A stretch of DNA of 64,000 bases, taken from assembly GCA_021815445.1 (NCBI GenBank), contig JAKAGM010000001.1, positions 67,447-131,446 on the forward strand, in the 5' to 3' direction. The notes below the pieces were generated by a model. It made no database searches, was not told the DNA's origin, and saw nothing but the letters and a program-made list of their open reading frames with translations. A program made the translations under genes and the position numbers. The DNA comes from a bacterium (GTDB taxonomy: Bacteria > Patescibacteriota > Patescibacteriia > UBA10025). Shown here one piece after another: positions 1-7,984 of the stretch. How positions within the stretch are numbered: the first letter of the stretch is position 1; every line of letters begins with the position of its first letter.

Positions 1-232
1 TGTTCTATCGCCGGCCTCCCGTTCAGGGCCTGAGCCCTTCAGGGCCGAAGGCAGACAGTGCGCCGCGCGAGGGGAAGATGCGTTTCTAATGTTTTTGCAT
101 GCCAGCCCTCTTCAAGACACCAAAACTAAGCCTAGCCGCAAGATCTGGTTGCAGTTCATTTTCATTAATGAGACGGTACTAGAGTTTAAGTTGAAAGAAG
201 TGAATAATCTTGCTATGGTACCCTTGAAACCT

Positions 233-1303
233 ATGGAATCCCACCGAGTTCACACTGTCGTCATGTATCCCCGGCCGCACCCCGATAACATCGTCGCGCT
301 ATGGCTTTTGCGTGAGTTTGGGGAGGAGTATTTTCCGGGCGTCAACGAGGCCAAGATCGACTTTTGGAACCAGGTGCCGGCGGGCAAGACTCCCGAACAG
401 TGGGAGTCGGAGGGATACCTGCTCATTGACCTTGGCGGCGGACGGTTTGACCATCACCACGAGGAGCATACGGACGATAAAACAACGTGCGCGACGACGC
501 TTGTCGCCCGCTATCTCGGCGTGGACCAGCGCCCGGAGCTTAAAAAACTTTTAGAATTTGTGCGTCGCGACGATCTGGAGGGGCGGGGGACCATGTCAAA
601 GGACACTATTGACCGTGCATTTGGTTTGTCTGCTGTCGTCATGAACCTGAACCGGGACTACCCGGATCACCCCGAATACGTGATTGAAGTGGTGACACGG
701 ATTGTCCTCGCGCATTATCATGAGGAGTACCGGCGAAAAGTGCTCATGCCCCAGGAGTGGAGCGAGCTTCTCCAACAGGGCAGAGCTTCACTTTTTGAAG
801 TGCAGACAGCCGCTGGAAAAGTCCGCGTGGTGCAGATGGAGACCGACTCAAAAGCCATGGTGGGCTTTGTCCGCGCGATCCGAACTATCGAAGCTGACGT
901 CGTCGTCCAGCGCCTCTCAAGCGGCCACACTAACATCGTGACCCGCCAGACTTCGCCCCGTCTGGACATGCGGCCGATAGCCGCCGCGGTGAGAAAGGCC
1001 GAAGCTGAAAAGAAACAGTACGAGACGGACGGCATATCCAAGGAACAATGGGAGAAGCCCCGCCGGCTCGAGGGGATCGACGAATGGTACTTCGATACAG
1101 CGGCTAATACCCTCCAAAACGGCGGCGCAGCGCGCACTGGGATTCCTCCCACCCAGCTAACACTAGAAGAGATAAAGGGTATCCTTATCCGCGAGCTCCC
1201 GCAATCGGTGCCGTTGCCCCGCCGTTCACCGCAGCATCTCGCCGACGAGCCGCGGACAATCCGCTTGGCCGATTTACCGCCCCGCACGAAGCGCGGCAGG
1301 TAA
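233..1303 (+). CDS. DHH/MYG1-like phosphoesterase-fold protein
   Basis: Motifs PHPD, LIDLGGGRFDHH and CATTLV match the DHH/MYG1 pattern. Start chosen at ATG 233; ATG 215 is an alternative. Confidence 0.6.
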   Translation: MESHRVHTVVMYPRPHPDNIVALWLLREFGEEYFPGVNEAKIDFWNQVPAGKTPEQWESEGYLLIDLGGGRFDHHHEEHTDDKTTCATTLVARYLGVDQRPELKKLLEFVRRDDLEGRGTMSKDTIDRAFGLSAVVMNLNRDYPDHPEYVIEVVTRIVLAHYHEEYRRKVLMPQEWSELLQQGRASLFEVQTAAGKVRVVQMETDSKAMVGFVRAIRTIEADVVVQRLSSGHTNIVTRQTSPRLDMRPIAAAVRKAEAEKKQYETDGISKEQWEKPRRLEGIDEWYFDTAANTLQNGGAARTGIPPTQLTLEEIKGILIRELPQSVPLPRRSPQHLADEPRTIRLADLPPRTKRGR

Positions 1304-1459
1304 GCGGTAAAGTACATACAATAATACTACCGTGTATTCGACAACGGGCGGCTTTCTGGTAATCAACCGTGCCGGAAACCTTGCCTCTTCGGAGACGTTC
1401 TGGTACTCTGATTACGCTTTAAAAAACAGAACATTCAACAACTTATAGGAGAAGAAATC

Positions 1460-1909
1460 ATGTCACTCATCAAGCTTAGTCCGATCGCAGAAACGTGCGG
1501 CGTGGAGGAGCGCCAGCTTACTCACGAGAGCTATTCTGTTGCTGCTGCTCCGACAAAGGATCATGCAAACAGTTCAGGGAAGGTCAGCGGGGGATTGCTC
1601 GCAACGCTCCTAGACGACACGATGGCCCGTTATCTGGCCCATGTTCTCGGCGTGCAGTCAATGATGACGTTGTCGCTCACCGTGCATTATCTCAGCGCGG
1701 TGCATGTAGGAAATATTCTCGCCATCTCCGTGCGCATTTCCCGCAAGGGGGACAAAATCTCCTATGCGGAGGGAACTATCGAATGCGGTGGCAATGTGGT
1801 CGCCCAAGCCATCGGCACGTTCGGCCATGCCGGTCCAAGGTTCCGGAATCTTGGGGAGCATGCGGGAGAGAAGTCCGAACAAGCGTCAGCCGTAGGCCTA
1901 AACGCTTGA
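1460..1909 (+). CDS. PaaI-family hotdog-fold thioesterase
   Basis: N..G.VSGGLLATLLD motif and MTLSLTVHYLSAV; SD AGGAG upstream. Confidence 0.8.
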   Translation: MSLIKLSPIAETCGVEERQLTHESYSVAAAPTKDHANSSGKVSGGLLATLLDDTMARYLAHVLGVQSMMTLSLTVHYLSAVHVGNILAISVRISRKGDKISYAEGTIECGGNVVAQAIGTFGHAGPRFRNLGEHAGEKSEQASAVGLNA

Positions 1910-1990
1910 TTCCCATGGTTCATCTTTGCCACGGTCGGTTCATCCTTTGACTCTCATAGGATCTCTTACCGGTCGTGGTTTTTTTATTTG

Positions 1991-2096
1991 ACCCCGTTAG
2001 AAAGTGTACAGGAACTTTTCTTAAGTATTTTAGGATTTTGAGTTCATGGAGGACTATTATTTCAATTTAAGTATTATGTACATTTTCTAACGGGGT
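1991..2096. mobile_element. MITE-like element with 20-bp terminal inverted repeats
   Basis: ACCCCGTTAGAAAGTGTACA (1991-2010) and TGTACATTTTCTAACGGGGT (2077-2096) match 19/20 as inverted repeats. The interior is AT-rich and non-coding, and TG flanks both sides. Confidence 0.7.
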
Positions 2097-2183
2097 TGAC
2101 ACTTGCCACCTTTTTTTGATAAAGTTTTTTAAATTGTCAAAACCTTGCGAAATAGGACGTTGTCAACCAGGAGGGAGAATACC

Positions 2184-3512
2184 ATGAAGTGGACCAGCAG
2201 GTTCGTCATGTGCGCGGCATTGTTTTGCCTCATGATCGCGCAGGTTTCGGCACAGCACGCGCCGAGCCGGGACACAACGAATGCCATGAGGTACTTCGAC
2301 AAAATCAAGCTCACCACCGGCCTGAAATGGCTGGACTATATGGTGGGAGATGTGAACCGTGGCACGTACAACGCCGAGAAATTGAACTTAGAAATCGGCA
2401 GCGAGGACTTTAATCTGTACACCTTCGACCTCAAGATGAACGGGTATCATGGAGTGGATCTCGCTGGACTCGGCGCCAACGCCAATGAACAGGCCTCGGG
2501 GTTCACCATTCCTGCGAACTCTGCACTCTCGTTTCGAGGGGTGTACAACAACTGGATTGAGTACGGTTCAAATGTGGCTACCCATGCCGGCGGAGTCTAT
2601 GCTGATTTCCAGCGGGACTCGACCTGGCAAGCCGAACTTGGTGTTGAACAGTTTTTCGCGAAGGCGCCGGAAGTCTACTTTGGGAACCTTATCCGGCGGA
2701 CAGGGGACAACTTTCCGCTCTTTGAACACGTGACGGCCGGGTATTCAGCTCGCTTTAACCAGGATGACGGGAGTGACCATCACTTTGAACACCGCTACCA
2801 GTTTGGAGGCATCATCCCGGTCGTTGACAGCGTCGCGTACATTGCCGGTTCCATAAGCGGGAGGCTGAACCCGGTATCCTGGAACAGTCACGATCGCGGA
2901 TACTATGTGGCGTTTGCACTTCCCGTGTCCTTTCAAGACACTAGCGGATGGGCGCCCAGCGCGTTCGTCAGCTTCAGGTCCAAACCAGGAAGCAAGAGCG
3001 CGATGGCGTTTGGGGGGTTCGGTGGAAAGGCCATCAACTTACCAGTGGTCAATGCTCTTCTCCAGTCCGGTTTTGAAACACAGTTGATTCCGACCCGCGT
3101 GGTGAACAATCGATCATTCAACATCGCTGTTCTCAGCGCGCATACAAGCGAGTTCGGCAGGCTCGCATGGGAGGCGGTCTGGTACAAGTTTGACATCTCG
3201 GAACATGTGTCTGCAGTCGAGTCTGAATACGGGCTGTACTACACGGTTCCAAACTGGTCCCCAGCAGGCCTTAAGAGATGCTTCGTCGGCGTGGTCGGCT
3301 CGCATGAAGACCAGATACTCTTTGACACTAAGACGTACCAGCTCAAGAGTACCGGCCACACGCAGTATATCGTCGAGCTCGGCGGGCGAGCGCGCATCGG
3401 CGTTCCTCGTGACCGTCGCAATGAAAAAGGATTCCTTCGCGTCGGCATATCAACGCTCCTCGGCAGCTCCGGCTACGAGGGCACCATGCTCGAGGCGACG
3501 GCATGGTTTTGA
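2184..3512 (+). CDS. Secreted protein, predicted beta-barrel-like
   Basis: Signal peptide MKWTSRFVMCAALFCLMIAQVSA, many alternating aromatic/Gly strands, C-terminal ...LEATAWF; strong SD AGGAGGGAG. Confidence 0.6.
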   Translation: MKWTSRFVMCAALFCLMIAQVSAQHAPSRDTTNAMRYFDKIKLTTGLKWLDYMVGDVNRGTYNAEKLNLEIGSEDFNLYTFDLKMNGYHGVDLAGLGANANEQASGFTIPANSALSFRGVYNNWIEYGSNVATHAGGVYADFQRDSTWQAELGVEQFFAKAPEVYFGNLIRRTGDNFPLFEHVTAGYSARFNQDDGSDHHFEHRYQFGGIIPVVDSVAYIAGSISGRLNPVSWNSHDRGYYVAFALPVSFQDTSGWAPSAFVSFRSKPGSKSAMAFGGFGGKAINLPVVNALLQSGFETQLIPTRVVNNRSFNIAVLSAHTSEFGRLAWEAVWYKFDISEHVSAVESEYGLYYTVPNWSPAGLKRCFVGVVGSHEDQILFDTKTYQLKSTGHTQYIVELGGRARIGVPRDRRNEKGFLRVGISTLLGSSGYEGTMLEATAWF

Positions 3513-3529
3513 ACATTACAGTTTGTTTC

Positions 3530-3560
3530 GGCATCCAACTTGTGCGGATGCCTTTTTTTA
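3530..3560 (+). terminator. Rho-independent terminator
   Basis: GGCATCC...GGATGCC stem followed by a T run. Confidence 0.7.
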
Positions 3561-3646
3561 TTTGACACGCACTACCCTTTTTCAATAAGATAGAGTCAAC
3601 GATAACGAAACATACATCGTCATTTCCCATCTCAAGGAGGAGTACC

Positions 3647-4420
3647 GTGTCCACAAAAAGCGTTCTGCTCGTCGCACTGGCAATCGGCCTTGTCACGCTG
3701 GTAGCTTCAACACCTACCTACTGGTTCGACTTGCTGCCGTGCTACGGGTTTATTCTGGCAGTGCTTCTCATGGTCCCGGGCGCCAGTAGCCGGTTAGGGC
3801 ATGTGGCTATTGTGCTCGTGCTTGGCTTTACTTTTTTCCTACTCTACACCTTCAAGCTCCAGATGCCGGAATATCTGCTGAGATATTTCACGAGGCCCGG
3901 TCTCGTCATCGGCCGCGGAATGGTCATCTTCGAGACAGTGGCCCTGGGCATTTTGGCTGTCCTGATGCCGAAGGATTTTAAGATTCCTTATGGCATCCGG
4001 GAAATGGACGGCAATAAGCAAGCGATGCTGATTCTCGCTATCTACTGTGCCGTCTCCATCATAGTGCGTAAGACATGCGGTGAGCAGGCATTCAACATTT
4101 TCTTTTTCCTCTTTTCCATCCCAGCGGCCTTCACAATCCTGTTTGTGGAGCTGGCAAGCCCACGCTTCATCACTGCCTGTGGTATAGCTGTAGTTGGATT
4201 ATCCATAGTCGGGATCTTTATGAAGCTGAACATGGTGCAGGCTCTATCCGCTCATCAGGTTGTACTTACCGCCATGATGGCATGTACGGTGATTTTTGCC
4301 GCGATCCTGTACCTTTTCCGCCTGCCGACGGCTGGGGAGGCATCGGCAAGAACTTCTACAAGTTTTACTGATCTCTCTCAGACAACTCCGTATGACGGAG
4401 CACCGTCACGCACTCCTTGA
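3647..4420 (+). CDS. Multi-pass membrane protein, unknown function
   Basis: About 8 hydrophobic segments; GTG start with SD AAGGAGGAG. Confidence 0.7.
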   Translation: MSTKSVLLVALAIGLVTLVASTPTYWFDLLPCYGFILAVLLMVPGASSRLGHVAIVLVLGFTFFLLYTFKLQMPEYLLRYFTRPGLVIGRGMVIFETVALGILAVLMPKDFKIPYGIREMDGNKQAMLILAIYCAVSIIVRKTCGEQAFNIFFFLFSIPAAFTILFVELASPRFITACGIAVVGLSIVGIFMKLNMVQALSAHQVVLTAMMACTVIFAAILYLFRLPTAGEASARTSTSFTDLSQTTPYDGAPSRTP

Positions 4421-4628
4421 ACTTCCGTGAGTTGTCCTATTTGCGGCGTTTCCATTCTGGATCGCCGTTTTTTCATATCTAAAACAAGAGGGGTGGCCCA
4501 GTCACTCGCGAGCAGTGGGGTTGACATGTCCACGCGTCTGTGATAGTGTGAAGTGCTCTTTGTACAACGAATAGGACTCAATTGCGGGCATAGGATGCCT
4601 GAACGTTCGTTGGAAAAAGGAGTCTCCA

Positions 4629-5003
4629 ATGTCAGTGCCGAGAATACCGGTGATTTTCGTTGCGGGACGAAATGATCTGGGTATCCCCAAAGACGTTTGC
4701 GAACAGATTCGCACCGTGACACCGGCATCCGTCGCCGTCACCAAATCTGTCGCGACCCTTACGCAGTTTTGTGAGGAATCAGTCGTCCCGGATCTGGTCA
4801 TCGTGACCAATCTGGAGAATACGGGGATCGACACGCCGACCGTAATCAAACGGCTCCGTGAGCTCGGTATACAGGTTGCCGTGATGGTGAGCACGCTCAC
4901 CGAATCGGCAATCAGAAGCATGGGAGTGCACATCATCCGGAAACCGGCGCGATTGGGCCCGCTCATTGAGTGCGTCATACGCGCGCTTCCGGCCAGGGCG
5001 TAG
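4629..5003 (+). CDS. Atypical (pseudo) receiver-domain protein
   Basis: CheY-like order of elements; PDLVIVTN in place of PDLxxxD; conserved IIRKP; SD AAGGAG. Confidence 0.6.
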   Translation: MSVPRIPVIFVAGRNDLGIPKDVCEQIRTVTPASVAVTKSVATLTQFCEESVVPDLVIVTNLENTGIDTPTVIKRLRELGIQVAVMVSTLTESAIRSMGVHIIRKPARLGPLIECVIRALPARA

Positions 5004-5166
5004 CAAGTTGTATCTGCACGCCACGCCGCCACCCTACGTTCTCTTGGTGGCGGTTCTTTTGTTACACTTGACGAAATGAAAAGCTTGCGTTAGTGTACGT
5101 TATTCGACATCATAGGTAAGCCAAAAAAGAAACCCCAAAAAACTGCTCATTCGAAAGGAGTATGCT

Positions 5167-5547
5167 ATGCTTCCAAGTGATTTGCGGATTGTCGTAATGG
5201 GCAAGACCGAAGACATGCCCAGAACGATCACGGAGGAAATTCAGGCCATGTTGCCATCAGCGTTGGTTGAGACCTGGCCGGCAACGCGGAACATCCCTGA
5301 GGGACCGACGGGGTTCAACCTTTGTGTGCTGACGAACAGCACATTCGAGGACGGGTTGACCGCTGTCCAGATCATCGAGGCCAACCCTCGTCCCAGCTTC
5401 CTGATCTTCGTGGATGGTGATACGAGGTCCCAGTTTGAGGGCGCCGGGAGTAATGTTCACCTGGTGGACAAGCCTGCTACGGCAATGAAGCTGGTCGCCG
5501 CAATCCTCGAAGCGGTGCCGGATGAGGAGTTTGCCGCTACTGAGTAG
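5167..5547 (+). CDS. Atypical (pseudo) receiver-domain protein
   Basis: LRIVVM...FNLCVLTN...DGLTAVQII...LVDKP; phosphoacceptor Asp absent; SD GAAAGGAG. Confidence 0.6.
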   Translation: MLPSDLRIVVMGKTEDMPRTITEEIQAMLPSALVETWPATRNIPEGPTGFNLCVLTNSTFEDGLTAVQIIEANPRPSFLIFVDGDTRSQFEGAGSNVHLVDKPATAMKLVAAILEAVPDEEFAATE

Positions 5548-5575
5548 CTCGTGCAGACTAACAGCAATGTGCTTT

Positions 5576-5606
5576 GCCTCTGTCATGGATGACGGAGGCC
5601 TTTTTT
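5576..5606 (+). terminator. Rho-independent terminator
   Basis: GCCTCTGTCAT/ATGACGGAGGC stem followed by a T run. Confidence 0.7.
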
Positions 5607-5658
5607 GTTGCACGTTAAAGGGTATTCTGTTACAATGTGGAAACATTCCACATCCATT

Positions 5659-6384
5659 ATGAACGGAGAAGTAGACAACCAGCCGCTTACAAAAAAACAA
5701 CGACGTGCACTGCGCCGAGAAGAACGCAGGCTTGAAGTGGCAAAGGGGCATCGTAAAGGCGTCATCGGCAAGATTGTTGTTGTCGCCAGCGTCGTTGTGG
5801 TTATCGGGGGGATTGGCTGGCTGATCGTGAAAGGCGGAGGCGGCGCAACAACTCCGCTCGCGCCTGACAATGACCCCTTCAAAGGGTCTGTCACGGCAAA
5901 GGTAGTTATTAATGAGTTTTCTGACCTGCAGTGTCCCGCATGCAAAGCGGCTGAGCCTGTCATTAAGCAGGTGATAGACACCTACGGGGACAAAATAAAG
6001 TTCATCTATAATAATTTCCCTATTCCGTCGCACCAAAACGGCAGAAATTCTGCCATTGCCGGCGAATGCGCCTTCGACCAGGGCAAATTCTGGGAGTTCC
6101 ATGATTTACTTTTTGACAAGCAGGATACCTGGGGTAACATTTCGAATCCGAAAGACACCTTTGTCGCTGATGCTATCTCGCTTGGGATGGACGGCACAAA
6201 ATTTGCCGCGTGCTATGACGGTTCAGACGCAAAGAAGAGGGTAGACTATGACGAGTCCGAAGGCAACGCAGCCGGAGTGAACTCCACGCCGACATTTATA
6301 ATCAACGGGCAAAAGATAGTCGGCGCCCAGCCTTTTGAAGAATTTAAGAAAGTCATTGACGCCAAACTGTCTGCTGTCCAATAA
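5659..6384 (+). CDS. DsbA-family thiol-disulfide oxidoreductase, membrane anchored
   Basis: N-terminal TM segment, EFSDLQCPAC active site, GVNSTPTFIING cis-Pro motif. Confidence 0.9.
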   Translation: MNGEVDNQPLTKKQRRALRREERRLEVAKGHRKGVIGKIVVVASVVVVIGGIGWLIVKGGGGATTPLAPDNDPFKGSVTAKVVINEFSDLQCPACKAAEPVIKQVIDTYGDKIKFIYNNFPIPSHQNGRNSAIAGECAFDQGKFWEFHDLLFDKQDTWGNISNPKDTFVADAISLGMDGTKFAACYDGSDAKKRVDYDESEGNAAGVNSTPTFIINGQKIVGAQPFEEFKKVIDAKLSAVQ

Positions 6385-6432
6385 TTCATTTCCCGCCGCA
6401 ATGAGCGGAGGGAGTCCTTTCGCGTACATACT

Positions 6433-6909
6433 ATGATCCAAACTCGTAAAGCTTCACTCAAAGACGGTCCCGTCATCATCGGGCTGCTTTCCGCATTTTA
6501 CAACTTTTCAGATCCCGAGGAGGCTTGGGAAGTTTTTCACCGGGAAATGTCCTTGCACTATCATTTCAGGGTAGCAGAGGAGGAAGGCGAAATACTCGGC
6601 GTCATGAGCTGGAGGATGCACGGCCTGCCCAAGCACGGCATCATGAAGCTCAAGCGGATTGCCGTCGCGCGTGAATATCCCGACAGGGAGGCGGTGCTCG
6701 AAATGCTTTTTGATTCGACAGTCGCTGATGCTGATTATTATTACCGCCAGCAGGAGTCCCAGCTGAGAAAAGTGTACATAGTCACACCTCAGCAAAATTC
6801 TTTCGTTCAAAGTTTCATGGAAGAAAAAGGGATGACGCTTGAAGCCGTCCTGCGAAGCCACTACTACCAGGGCAGGGACGAATGCATGTATTCGCTGTTC
6901 ACAGCGTAA
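6433..6909 (+). CDS. GNAT-fold N-acetyltransferase-like protein
   Basis: VAEEEGEILG, LKRIAVAREY and N...SFMEEKGM...LRSHY pattern; the canonical G-x-G loop is degenerate. Confidence 0.7.
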   Translation: MIQTRKASLKDGPVIIGLLSAFYNFSDPEEAWEVFHREMSLHYHFRVAEEEGEILGVMSWRMHGLPKHGIMKLKRIAVAREYPDREAVLEMLFDSTVADADYYYRQQESQLRKVYIVTPQQNSFVQSFMEEKGMTLEAVLRSHYYQGRDECMYSLFTA

Positions 6910-7071
6910 TACGTATTGGTGCATACGCTGCAATATGGGGTACCGTCCACCTCGTAGACTCGGAGTGGTGTGTTTTAAGTTCGTTGAGATTGACGCAATT
7001 TAATATTCGGGAATATACTTTTAACAGTCGAAAACAAGCGAACAAAGGTCGTTTCAAAACCGGAGGGAAGA

Positions 7072-7473
7072 ATGCCAAAAAATGGGAGTTTGCTGGACGT
7101 CCTGATGTGGGTGGTCGGCGCAACGCTCGGTCTTGCACAGCTATTTCTGCTTCATAGCAGGGGCGCGGCTGTTCTCATGCTGTTTGCCACGTTGTTGTTA
7201 GCGGCCATCAGCTACTATGCCACTATAGAGAGTTGCATGAACCAAAGCCACGAAGTATTTCGCAAACTGTGGTGGCACGGCGGGCTCAAGGAGATCATCA
7301 AGTTCTTGGCCGCACTGGATGCCTTGATGTTGTTTTTGGCTGTGTCTACGGCCCTCGGGAGTTACACTGTATTTTGGCCCGGGGTAATAGCCAGTATTGT
7401 GGCGCTGAATGTCGCCGCGCTCTTTAGCGGTTTGTTTGCCGCGCTGCGTACCCATCTCGACCTCGTTAACTAA
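7072..7473 (+). CDS. Small 4-TM membrane protein
   Basis: Four hydrophobic segments; SD GGAGGG; own promoter and terminator. Confidence 0.65.
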   Translation: MPKNGSLLDVLMWVVGATLGLAQLFLLHSRGAAVLMLFATLLLAAISYYATIESCMNQSHEVFRKLWWHGGLKEIIKFLAALDALMLFLAVSTALGSYTVFWPGVIASIVALNVAALFSGLFAALRTHLDLVN

Positions 7474-7585
7474 TTTACAAGGATTCTACTGCTGGCCACG
7501 TTTGCTCGTGAGCCAGTATTTTTTTGCCGCATCTTTGACTTTTTCTCAAAAAAATGCTAAAATAAACAAGTAAAAAATAAAAAAT

Positions 7586-7981
7586 ATGGCGAAAAACGCT
7601 GCAAAGGCGGCAACGAAGTACATTATTGTCGAAGTTGTTCTTGATATCGTCTATTTTCCCGTCTGGTGGTATACCAAGGGGCTGGCGAAACTCGCCCGTT
7701 TTTGTTTTGAAAGCGTTGAAAGGATGGCCGGCAACCTCTCACTCGGTATCTGGATGAAGAATATGTTTACGCCGATGTTCGGCCAGTACGACTGGCAGGG
7801 GAGACTGATCAGCTTCATGATGCGTACCGTCATGCTTGTCTACAAATTTATTGTCTTTATTATCTGGCTGGCGATAATCCTGATTCTTTTTGTCGGATGG
7901 GTTGCGGCGCCTTTGGTCGTCGTGTATTACATCTTTTATCAGTGGTTTCATATTCCTTTTCCTTCTTTTGTCACGCGTTAA
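7586..7981 (+). CDS. Membrane protein adjacent to the Clp ATPase
   Basis: YFPVWWYT and NMFTPMFGQYDWQGR motifs plus a hydrophobic C-terminus; 3 nt before the next start. Confidence 0.8.
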   Translation: MAKNAAKAATKYIIVEVVLDIVYFPVWWYTKGLAKLARFCFESVERMAGNLSLGIWMKNMFTPMFGQYDWQGRLISFMMRTVMLVYKFIVFIIWLAIILILFVGWVAAPLVVVYYIFYQWFHIPFPSFVTR

Positions 7982-7984
7982 CCT

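Noticed and set aside
5257-6102. 281 aa minus-strand ORF
   Set aside because: Antisense shadow of the DsbA and pseudo-receiver genes, with no motifs.
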